From: Candidatus Bathyarchaeota archaeon
GTDB taxonomy: Archaea > Thermoproteota > Bathyarchaeia > Bathyarchaeales > Bathycorpusculaceae
NCBI GenBank assembly: GCA_963767735.1
Contig: CAVYES010000006.1
Location: 480,001-544,000 of the forward strand
Direction of reading: 5' to 3'
DNA: 64,000 nt
Shown in pieces: positions 20,170 through 29,400 of the stretch. How positions within the stretch are numbered: position 1 is the stretch's first letter; every line of letters starts with the position of its first letter. The notes below the pieces were generated by a model. That model worked only from the letters and a program-made list of their open reading frames with translations, ran no database searches and was not told where the DNA came from. The position numbers and the translations under genes are program-made.

Positions 20170-21813
20170 ATGAGGTCGATATTAACGGTATTTAACAAAC
20201 AGATAAGATTGTTTAACAGAAAGAAGTCTTCAAATATTACGCAGAGTACGGTCATTGAAGATAATGTAGCGGAGACTTCGATCTCTTCTAGCTTAATTGA
20301 TGGCGCATCTGGAGTTGAAGTGGAAGCTTCCGTTAAAGATTCTACGGTGTTGGAAAGTTACATGCTTAATGCGCCTTACGCTTCTGTTCAAATTACGCGC
20401 GACACGGTTGGCGGCAACGTCAATTATGTTGTGGAAGAACCAAAGCTCAGCGTGACTGACCTGAAAAGTCTCGAGCGCCTGAAAGGAATTTTAAATGAAG
20501 TTTTGGAATATAGGCCAAAGGAACTGAAATCAAAGCAGGCCGCTGCAGAATATCTAGTAAAAAAGAGCAATGAAATATTAGATAATTACCATTTCAATTT
20601 AGACTCACAGACATGCGGTAAGTTGCTCTATCATGTTCTCAAGGATAATCTTGGTTTCGGAAAAATAGACGCGCTTATGCATGATCCGTTGATCGAAGAT
20701 ATTTCCTGCGATGGAGTCAATGTACCCATTTATATTTGGCACAGAAAATTTGAATCTATCCCGACCAACATTCTTTTTGAAACAGCCGAAGAGCTTGACT
20801 CCTATGCTTTACGACTTGCTTATCTTTGCGGAAGCCATGTTTCAATAGCGCAGCCTATGCTTGATGCATCCTTGCCGGATGGCAGCAGAATCAACTTGAC
20901 ATATGGAAGCGAAGTTACCCGTAAAGGCTCAACTTTCACTATAAGAAAATTCAAGCTTGACCCCTTCACAGTCACAGATCTCGTCACTTTCAAGTCTATG
21001 TCGTCCGAGATGGCTGCTTTCTTCTGGTACGCAGTAGAAAACCGAGTTTCGATTTTGGTGGCAGGCGGCATAGCAGCTGGAAAAACAACATTGCTAAATT
21101 GTTTAAGCATGTTTATTAAGCCCGATTTGAAGGTCGTCTCAATTGAAGATACCCCTGAACTAAATCTTCCCCATAAAAACTGGATTCCCGCTGCTACAAG
21201 AACGCATTTTGGGCTTGCAACAGAAACTTCGGATATCACTCTTTTCGATCTGCTGAAAGCCGCATTGAGACAGAGACCAGACTACATCATTGTGGGAGAA
21301 ATCCGAGGGGCAGAAGCTTACACGCTGTTCCAAGCAGTAAGTACCGGTCACCTTGGAATGTCAACGGTTCATGCAGAATCAGTTGAGTCAGCCGTGTACA
21401 GGTTAGAGTCAGCGCCCATGAATATTCCAAGAACACTTATCGCAGGAATAGACATCATTCTTGTTCAAAAACGAGTCGAATTAAACGGCAAGCCCGTGAG
21501 AAAAACCGTTGCAACCTCAGAAATAGTAGGTTTAGATCCGCGTTCAGGAGAAATTTTAACAAACGAAGTTTACAGATGGAATCCTGCACTAGACACTTTT
21601 GATTTTACAGGCAGAAGCTACATTCTAGAAAAGGTAGCTGAAAAAACAGGCGTGACTCCAGAAGAAGCAAGCGAAGAAATCCAGCGCAGGGCTAAAGTGA
21701 TCCAATGGCTGGTCAAGAAAAATATTCGAAACTACAAAGAAGTCTCAAACATAATCCGAAGCTACCTTGAAAACCCTGAGCCCGTATTAAAGGAGGCTCT
21801 AAACAACGAATAA
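20170..21813 (+). CDS. Type II/IV secretion ATPase (FlaI/TadA family)
   Basis: GGIAAGKTT, SIEDTPEL, LRQRPDYIIVGEIRG, TGH..STVHA. Confidence 0.95.
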   Translation: MRSILTVFNKQIRLFNRKKSSNITQSTVIEDNVAETSISSSLIDGASGVEVEASVKDSTVLESYMLNAPYASVQITRDTVGGNVNYVVEEPKLSVTDLKSLERLKGILNEVLEYRPKELKSKQAAAEYLVKKSNEILDNYHFNLDSQTCGKLLYHVLKDNLGFGKIDALMHDPLIEDISCDGVNVPIYIWHRKFESIPTNILFETAEELDSYALRLAYLCGSHVSIAQPMLDASLPDGSRINLTYGSEVTRKGSTFTIRKFKLDPFTVTDLVTFKSMSSEMAAFFWYAVENRVSILVAGGIAAGKTTLLNCLSMFIKPDLKVVSIEDTPELNLPHKNWIPAATRTHFGLATETSDITLFDLLKAALRQRPDYIIVGEIRGAEAYTLFQAVSTGHLGMSTVHAESVESAVYRLESAPMNIPRTLIAGIDIILVQKRVELNGKPVRKTVATSEIVGLDPRSGEILTNEVYRWNPALDTFDFTGRSYILEKVAEKTGVTPEEASEEIQRRAKVIQWLVKKNIRNYKEVSNIIRSYLENPEPVLKEALNNE

Positions 21814-21817
21814 AACG

Positions 21818-22666
21818 TTGCTGAGCATATCTCTACGAATATTCGACAAGATCCCGAAGAGTTTTCTTTCTTCCTTTACAGGTTTACAGCAAAACCTGGC
21901 TAAAGCTAACTTGAAGATAACCTTCCAAGTTTACGTGGGATTAACGGTTTTCACATCAATTCTCTCAGGAATTGTAGCATTCACTTTGGCAACGATTTTA
22001 TCGCCTTCAATTTTTCTTTCAATCCCGATTGGTTTACTTGTCTTTCTCTCATCATTTGGCATTTGCTACGCTTATCCCCTGCTCGGTATCTCTTCAAAGG
22101 CAAGAAAAATAGATGCAAACCTTCCGCTTACAGCAAACTTTATGGCAGTTCTCGCTAGTGCCGGTATGCCGCCTGAACGAATTTTTCGTTCATTAGCCAA
22201 CGTTGGAGACGAATTTGGTCTTGGTGAAGAAATGGGCAGAATAATCGGCGACATTGAATTGTTAGGGTTAGACCTTAATGAAGCATTAAAGAAGGGTTCT
22301 TTGAGGTCTGCGTCGCGAAAATTCGGGTCATTACTTGACGGTATCGTGGCCACCACACATGTTGGTGGAGATTTGGCTGCTTATCTGCGGGAAGCAGCTG
22401 ATAAGTATAAAAAAGTCAGAATTGCATCAATGAAGAGCTATTTGGAGGGCTTAGCTGGCATGGCTGAAGTCTACGTCAGCTTCATGATTGCTCTTCCGCT
22501 TGCACTTGTGGTCATGCTCTCAATAATGTCCTTTTTGGGCGGAGGCGCATCATTGTTAGGCAACATTAATCCTCAGACGATACTTTTGCTCTTGGTTTAT
22601 GTGATAACACCTGTAGGCTGCACCGTACTTCTATTAATGGTTGATTCGATGACTCCACCGAGGTAA
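21818..22666 (+). CDS. Type II secretion F-family (TadC/FlaJ-like) membrane platform protein
   Basis: IDANLP..MAVLASAGMPP, GGDL..YL; follows the ATPase. Confidence 0.9.
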   Translation: MLSISLRIFDKIPKSFLSSFTGLQQNLAKANLKITFQVYVGLTVFTSILSGIVAFTLATILSPSIFLSIPIGLLVFLSSFGICYAYPLLGISSKARKIDANLPLTANFMAVLASAGMPPERIFRSLANVGDEFGLGEEMGRIIGDIELLGLDLNEALKKGSLRSASRKFGSLLDGIVATTHVGGDLAAYLREAADKYKKVRIASMKSYLEGLAGMAEVYVSFMIALPLALVVMLSIMSFLGGGASLLGNINPQTILLLLVYVITPVGCTVLLLMVDSMTPPR

Positions 22667-22671
22667 CCAAA

Positions 22672-23520
22672 ATGCGCCAAATACCAAAGAAAACACGGCA
22701 GTTTGCAGTCGTTGCCTCCCTTTTATTGATTTTCATAGACGTCATCATATTAGCCATAATTGATCCAAACATCCTGACAACTTATGCCAACGAAATATTC
22801 CTAATTGCGCTTCTTATAATCTTAGTTCCATCCGCCATACTTGACTTCGAAAATCAAAGATGGATTTCAGCCATTGAAGATCAAATGCCTCTTCTAGTAC
22901 GCGGAGTTTCAGAATCTCAGGAAACGGGGTTAACCTTAGTTAAAGCATTAGAAAAAGTCGTTGACGACAAAATGATCGGGCACCCGCTCTCAGACGAAGT
23001 CAAGAAGCTGACCCTTCAAATGGCCTGGGGCGCATCCTTCGAAACGGCCCTGACCAACTTCAAAGAACGAATCAATTCGCCAATAGTAAACAGGTTCTGC
23101 GCTTTGGTGCTTGAGGCAAGTCGTTCGGGCGGCACAATAAAGAAAGTTTTCGCTGCTACATCGGGTTTCATGGAGGAAATGAAAGACATGGATAAGGAAA
23201 CAAGTGCCCAGATGAAACCTTACATAGTCGTAATTTACGCGGCTTTTGCTGTCTTTATAGTTGTAGCAGTTCTCCTTGTGCGGTCTTTCTTTGCTCCTGT
23301 GCAGGGCGCTCCGCAAATCATGGGCCAAGGTGCAGTGGGCAGCATTAGCGGATTGAAAGACTTCTTTTACAAGGACATGCTAGTTTCCGGAGTTACAGGC
23401 GGCTTAATGGCCGGAAAACTTGGAGAGCGAAGAATAACAGGCGGCTTAAAACATGCCATAATTCTAACAGTCGTGGGATATGCGATATTCTTCATTGCAA
23501 TTCCGCCAGTTTGGATATGA
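22672..23520 (+). CDS. Second TadC/FlaJ-like platform protein
   Basis: IEDQMP..ETGLTLVKAL, EASRSGG, GLMAGKL..GLKH. Confidence 0.9.
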   Translation: MRQIPKKTRQFAVVASLLLIFIDVIILAIIDPNILTTYANEIFLIALLIILVPSAILDFENQRWISAIEDQMPLLVRGVSESQETGLTLVKALEKVVDDKMIGHPLSDEVKKLTLQMAWGASFETALTNFKERINSPIVNRFCALVLEASRSGGTIKKVFAATSGFMEEMKDMDKETSAQMKPYIVVIYAAFAVFIVVAVLLVRSFFAPVQGAPQIMGQGAVGSISGLKDFFYKDMLVSGVTGGLMAGKLGERRITGGLKHAIILTVVGYAIFFIAIPPVWI

Positions 23521-23524
23521 AAAA

Positions 23525-23998
23525 ATGAGAAAACTCTACAGAAATAAAAAGGGTCTTTCAACAGTCATAACAACAATCTTGATGATTGTGGTCGTTATGG
23601 TCGGCATGACTATACTATTTGCTTACGTTACTGTCTACGCTAACAATTACCAGACGGGAACCGGCAGCTCCATTCTGGAGTCAATGACGATAGAGGATGT
23701 TTGGATTCAAAATTCGAACGCTGTACAGCTTTCAGTGTACAATACAGGAACAGCAACAAATTTGGGAACAAATGTTGATTTGACCATTGCCTCGATTTAC
23801 GTAAATGGCGTGGCGCTAACTACAACTAATTCTCCCTCAGGACCGATTAGCTCCAACGTCTTAGTAGGTGCTGGTGATCATGTTTCGATTGATGGTTGGT
23901 ATTGGCCATCTGGAGGGTTCCAAAGTGGGCAGACCTATAATTTTAAAATCGTAACCGCGAGGGGTTCAAACTTTGAAGTACTATACACCGACCCTTAA
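23525..23998 (+). CDS. Minor type IV pilin
   Basis: KKG|LSTVITTILMIVV class III signal; IEDV and KIVTARG motifs; ATG at 23525. Confidence 0.85.
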   Translation: MRKLYRNKKGLSTVITTILMIVVVMVGMTILFAYVTVYANNYQTGTGSSILESMTIEDVWIQNSNAVQLSVYNTGTATNLGTNVDLTIASIYVNGVALTTTNSPSGPISSNVLVGAGDHVSIDGWYWPSGGFQSGQTYNFKIVTARGSNFEVLYTDP

Positions 23999-24017
23999 CA
24001 AGGAGTGAAATGGAATA

Positions 24018-24500
24018 ATGAAAAAGCTCATAAAAAATCGTAAAGGAACAGCTGAAGTCATCGGTACAATGTTGTTCATTGTCATACTGCTATTCTTCTT
24101 CACAAATGTCTATCTTTGGCATGATAACGCAACCAAAGATGCAAATCAACTTTTCCTGCAAAAGGTTAACTCAACATTTAAAATAGAACAAGTAGCTGGG
24201 AGTATTGTCGTTACCGCTGACGGGGGATCAACCGTTTATTTGTCTAGAATATGGATAATTGATAATACTTTAAACGCGCACTATTATGCAAACTTAAACG
24301 TGACGGTAGCAGCGGGTGAGTCTTTCAATTTTACTTTTTCAAATAATGAAAACTATTACAATCCATCTAGTCCGGTTAGCGTAAACCCTCCGCAAGATGG
24401 CAGTATGCAACTTAATTTTTACCCGCCAGCATACGCCGTAACAATTGCCGTTATAAATACTCTCGGCATAGAGGAATACACTACTTTCCAGCCATCTTAA
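24018..24500 (+). CDS. Minor pilin-like protein
   Basis: RKG|TAEVIGTMLFIVILL; LSRIWI; INTLG. Confidence 0.8.
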   Translation: MKKLIKNRKGTAEVIGTMLFIVILLFFFTNVYLWHDNATKDANQLFLQKVNSTFKIEQVAGSIVVTADGGSTVYLSRIWIIDNTLNAHYYANLNVTVAAGESFNFTFSNNENYYNPSSPVSVNPPQDGSMQLNFYPPAYAVTIAVINTLGIEEYTTFQPS

Positions 24501-24987
24501 TTCGCCCAAATGTACCTTATTTAGCCTTAACTTGGTTTCACTCAGATTCGCATGGAAACGGATCGTCTTACTGTCCATCGCAAAGTAAAAAGCTTTGACT
24601 TCTTGCTTAGCTGGCTGCCTCTTTTGAAGAAATTGATGCAAAATCGATGGGTTTACTCATCGTAAACATAGTGAGTATGTTGTTTCATGTTTGGCGCCTA
24701 TTGAGACCGTGAGAACTTGAGATAAGCCCTGACAAAATATGCTCTCTTAGGCATAAATGCTCCATTAGAGCCCCATAATTTGGTTGGTTACCATTGGATT
24801 GTTTCGGAAGAAGAAAAACGGTTTCGCCAAGCTACTTCTCTTGATGAGATTTAATCCGCTGAATCTTCACACAGTTTCCATCACGGTCATCTATCAGACC
24901 GAGGGAAGGGCTTAAGACACACAAAATGTAAGGCACAAGTTCTACAAATGAAAAAAGAAAGCTGAACATTCATCAAATGTGAAATGT

Positions 24988-26175
24988 TTATTTTGGCTTT
25001 GAGTAGCGTTCTCTGACTTGAACCCGTATTGGGCGGATAATGTTTAATCCGTTGACTATCCATTCGCCAACTTCTAAGCTAGATAACTGCTCGCCGCTGC
25101 CGCTAATCATGTTTTTGAGAAACGCTAAATCCTCGGGATCGCTTGTTCTTCCAACGATTTGGTTTACCATTTTAGACAAAACTTTTCCGCCCAGCTCAGT
25201 TGGATGGGACGTAATAAGAATGGTTGCTATACCGTTTTTCGACATTAGTATTTCTTGAATTGCCTGAACGGGGAGATTCTCCGCATCTTCAACTACCAAA
25301 AGAAATGGCTGCACCGTTTTTTCTCGTCTACTTTTTGCCAAGGCGTTTAAAATGTTCGCGTAGTATTCGCTTTTTTCGCTGAGACTTAAGTTTTCAGCAG
25401 TAATTATAGTGATTTGCCGTTCTTTAATTTTTTTAGCTGCTGAATCAACGTTTTCTTTATCGGCGCTGATTATTACGGTTTGGGACTTGAATGAATAGTT
25501 CTTGTCTGACGTTGAAGCGGTGCCCACTGTTGAGTATTCGTTGTTTGGGTCTAAAATGACTATGGGTTGGCTAGTTTTGTTGGCAAGCTCTTCAATGATT
25601 ACCGTGGCTGTAAAGGTTTTTCCTGCTCCATCAAGGGCCGAGATAAGAGTGTGCTTGCTGGTTAGGTCAACGGCATCTAAGTAACAAATTATCTGTTGAT
25701 CACCAGCCTCCTGAGAAGCTCCAAAAATTTCCGCTTTGCCCAAATAAACGGGCTGCGCACAGGCTTTTCCATCGGTTCCTCGGCTGAATATATCTTCCAA
25801 GAATGAGGCGTATGGCATGTAGATGCGGCTGCCTGGATTTGGCGGCACAAGCAGTTTGCAAATGGGCTTCGCTTCGTTTCTTAAATCGATGTAACCGATT
25901 ATTTGGGCTATGGCCAACCTTTTGCCTATACGGTCGCCAATGGTTGAGCCTGCAACCTCTTCATAACTGGTTATTTCTTTAATTTCAGCAAGCACTTGAC
26001 ATGCATCGCCATATACTGGGTGGTTAAGGCAAACTATGTCCTGTTTTTCTATGGTTTCGCGATTCTTTGGGGGACTGACCAAGAAACTGAACTGAGTGGT
26101 GTTTGTCTCACTGCTCAACAACCCAAAATGTTCTTTTATGCGTATGTTTGCTGGATCCATTAGCGGTAACTCCAT
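24988..26175 (-). CDS. Shortened HerA-like ATPase (HAS barrel + DUF87-type domain), degenerate motifs
   Basis: HAS-barrel with PPNPGSRIY; KHTLISALDGAGKT; ILDPNNEY; LLVVEDAEN; LEVGEW. Confidence 0.78.
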   Translation of the reverse strand: MELPLMDPANIRIKEHFGLLSSETNTTQFSFLVSPPKNRETIEKQDIVCLNHPVYGDACQVLAEIKEITSYEEVAGSTIGDRIGKRLAIAQIIGYIDLRNEAKPICKLLVPPNPGSRIYMPYASFLEDIFSRGTDGKACAQPVYLGKAEIFGASQEAGDQQIICYLDAVDLTSKHTLISALDGAGKTFTATVIIEELANKTSQPIVILDPNNEYSTVGTASTSDKNYSFKSQTVIISADKENVDSAAKKIKERQITIITAENLSLSEKSEYYANILNALAKSRREKTVQPFLLVVEDAENLPVQAIQEILMSKNGIATILITSHPTELGGKVLSKMVNQIVGRTSDPEDLAFLKNMISGSGEQLSSLEVGEWIVNGLNIIRPIRVQVRERYSKPK

Positions 26176-26295
26176 AAAATTATATGTAAGTATTTGTCTT
26201 TGCGGGGAATTTTAATATATCGGAATGCCAACCAAAGGCTTGAATTCAATTAATACAATTGGTAATGCGTTTGGCTGATTTTGGTCGTTGTTGTA

Positions 26296-26432
26296 GCGCT
26301 TGTTTGGTTGTGGAACAATCCTCCATTCAATCTTATATAGCGCTCAATCTTACCTAACTTCAACTGGAGAGAAGAATTTTACCGATTACTCTCTCCTCAT
26401 AAACCATAAAGGAGAAAAAAATTTTTGCGAAA
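26296..26432 (+). repeat. ~140-bp promoter/leader repeat, copy 1 (inverted copy at 32923-33063)
   Basis: TGGAACAATCCTCCA, TTATATA, GGAGAGA...TCTCTCC hairpin and TTGCGAAA start all shared. Confidence 0.88.
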
Positions 26433-29400
26433 AATAACTAAACTTAGACACTCTATTAAAGCTATATCACCAATAATTTCAGTTTTGCTATTGATAGCGA
26501 TTGCCGTGGTGGCTTCGCTGGTCGTCTATGCATGGGTAATGGGTTACATAGGCGGCGGCACCACCAAAGCAGGATATGCCATAAACATTCAGAGTTTATC
26601 CTCAGCCACAGGAAGCTTAACGATTTATGTACAGAACACCGGCATAGGAGCCGTACAACTCAATCCCACCAGCGCTGTATACGTAAACAATACGCTGGAA
26701 ACCATAACTTCAGTTACACCAACTGGAGATCTAGCCAACGGAATTATCACAATTCCTCAGGGTCAAACTGCAGCACTCGTTGTTCCTTGGGCGTCAAGCG
26801 GACCAGTTACGATCAAAGTAGTTACAACAAGCGGAACATTCATGACAACTACAGGCACATCCACTGCAGGCGGAATATTCTATTCGGTTTCTTTTAGTGC
26901 AAGCGGTGGTGGAGGCTCTTCCACAATTTCCCCAAGTGGTACTGCATCTTACACGGGTGCGGTTCCGATTACCGCTACTGCTGGTGCTGGTTACACGTTC
27001 TCAGGTTGGAGCGCTACTGGATCGATCATATTTGGTGACGCAAGTTCGGCTTCTACTACTGCGACTGTTAATGGTGCTGGCACTGTAACTGCTTCTTTCA
27101 CTCAGACTGATTACCAGGTCAGCTTCAGTACAAGCGGAGGCGGCAGTGGTTCAACAACTTCACCGAGCACTACTGGATCTTACACTATGGGTGAACCAGT
27201 TATGATCACAGCAACTGCAGGTAACGGATACAAGTTTTCAAGTTGGACCGCTACTGGGTCGATTACATTTGCCAGTTCGAGTTCGGCTTCTACTACTGCG
27301 ACTGTTAATGGTGCTGGCAGCATAACTGCCGACTTCGTTAGTTTGGCAGCCAGCATAAAGATCAGTCCAACAACTTCAACTATTCCCGCTGGAAATACTC
27401 AAGGCTATACAGCTACAGCTTACGACATAAACGGCAACAGCTTGGGCGATATCACAAGTTCAACCACTTGGAGTATAACTTCTGGCGCTGCTGGTTCATG
27501 GTCAGGCTCTACCTACACTTCAGCTAACACTGGCGCATGGACAGTAACAGCCACATATTCAGGTCTGACCGCAACAGCTCAACTGACAGTGTACGGTACA
27601 CTCGCAAGCTTTTCGTTTGGACCCATTAATACGCAAAATGCAGGTTCGGCCTTCCAGGTAAGTATTACCGCTCAAGATGCCAATGGTAATCCTGTCACAA
27701 ACTTCGTTGGTTCAGCTACATTAACAGATCTTTCCGGCTCAATTAGCCCCGCAACTACTGGTCCATTTACTAACGGCGTTTGGACTGGTCAGGTCACCAT
27801 CACGAAGGCAATAACGAACGATCTTATCACGGCTACTGATTCAACCATTGCTGGCCAAAGCAGCTTATTCACCGTTAATACAGGCGGCGCTACGAGCTTT
27901 GTTGTTTCTGGTTTCACAAGTCCTGTTACTGCTGGTGCTGCTGGTTCTGTTACGGTTACGGCGATGGATGCTTATGGAAACGTAGTGACTGGCTATGCTG
28001 GTACGGTCGCGATTACTTCAAGTGATAGTCAAGCTGTTTTGCCTCCGAATGCTGTCTTAACTAATGGTATTGGTTCTTTCAGTGTTACTTTGAAAACGGC
28101 TGGTTCTCAATCGATTACTGCTACTGATACTGTGACAAGTTCAATCACTGGTTCTCAGACTGCCATAACGGTTAATGCAGTTACTACTCCAACGAGCTTT
28201 GTTGTTTCTGGTTTCACAAGTCCTGTTACTGCTGGTGCTGCTGGTTCTGTTACGGTTACGGCGATGGATGCTTATGGAAACGTAGTGACTGGCTATGCTG
28301 GTACGGTCGCGATTACTTCGAGTGATAGTCAAGCTGTTTTGCCTCCGAATGCTGTCTTAACTAATGGTATTGGTTCTTTCAGTGTTACTTTGAAAACGGC
28401 TGGTTCTCAATCGATTACTGCTACTGATACTGTGACAAGTTCAATCACTGGCTCTCAAACTGGCATAACGGTTAATTCTGGTGCTTTGGCGAGCTTTACC
28501 ATTAGCACTATTAGTAATCCGCAAACTGCTGGAACAGCTTTCCCCATTACCATAACTGCTTATGATCAATACGGCAATGTTGAGACTGGCTACTCAGGCG
28601 CTGCGATAAGTGATCTTTCTGGCTCGCTTACGAGCACGGGTTCGTTTACTACTGGCGTTTGGACTGGTACGGTGACCATCACGAAGGCAATGGCGAATGA
28701 CGTTATTACTGTGACTGATGCAAGTTCAGGCACAAATGTGCAGAGCGGCGCGTTTACTGTTACTCCTGGTGCTTTGGCAAGCTTTACCATTAGCACTATT
28801 AGTAATCCGCAAACTGCTGGAACAGCTTTCAGCGTAACGATAACTGCTTACGATCAATACAACAACGTCGCGACCAACTATGCTGGTCCGGCAGTGTTAA
28901 GTGATGTTTCTGGATCGCTTAATCCAACTACTGCCACGTTTACTGCTGGTATCTATACTGGTTCGGTGAAGATCACGACGGCTAATGCCAATGATGTTAT
29001 CACTGTGAAAGATTCAAGTACAGGTGTCACAGCGTCGAGCAATCAGTTCAATGTTGTTGCTGGTTCCGTCGATCACTTTGTGTTTAACACTATTAGTCAA
29101 CAAACTGCTGGCACCGCTTTCACGGTAACTATCACGGCTAAAGATTCGAGCGGCAATACCGTAATGACTTATACTGGTTCGGCTACGTTCACTGACGTTT
29201 CAGGCTCAATCAGTCTGAAAAGCACAGGTGTGTTTACTAATGGTGTCTTGCAAGCTTCGGTAGCTATCACTAAGGCATATACAAGCGATGTTATCACTGC
29301 AACTGACATAACTACAGGAGCGAATGGGCAGAGCAACACATTCAATGTCGTTGCCGCTCCAGCTACACAACTTGTCTACACCGCGGGAACAACCCAATCA

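Noticed and set aside
19659-24500. Archaellum operon
   Set aside because: No FlaB-like archaellin or FlaF/G, and two split TadC genes; fits an adhesive pilus
24510-24900. Possible gene remnant after the pilin operon (also 31300-31900)
   Set aside because: Multiple stops and no family I can recognise
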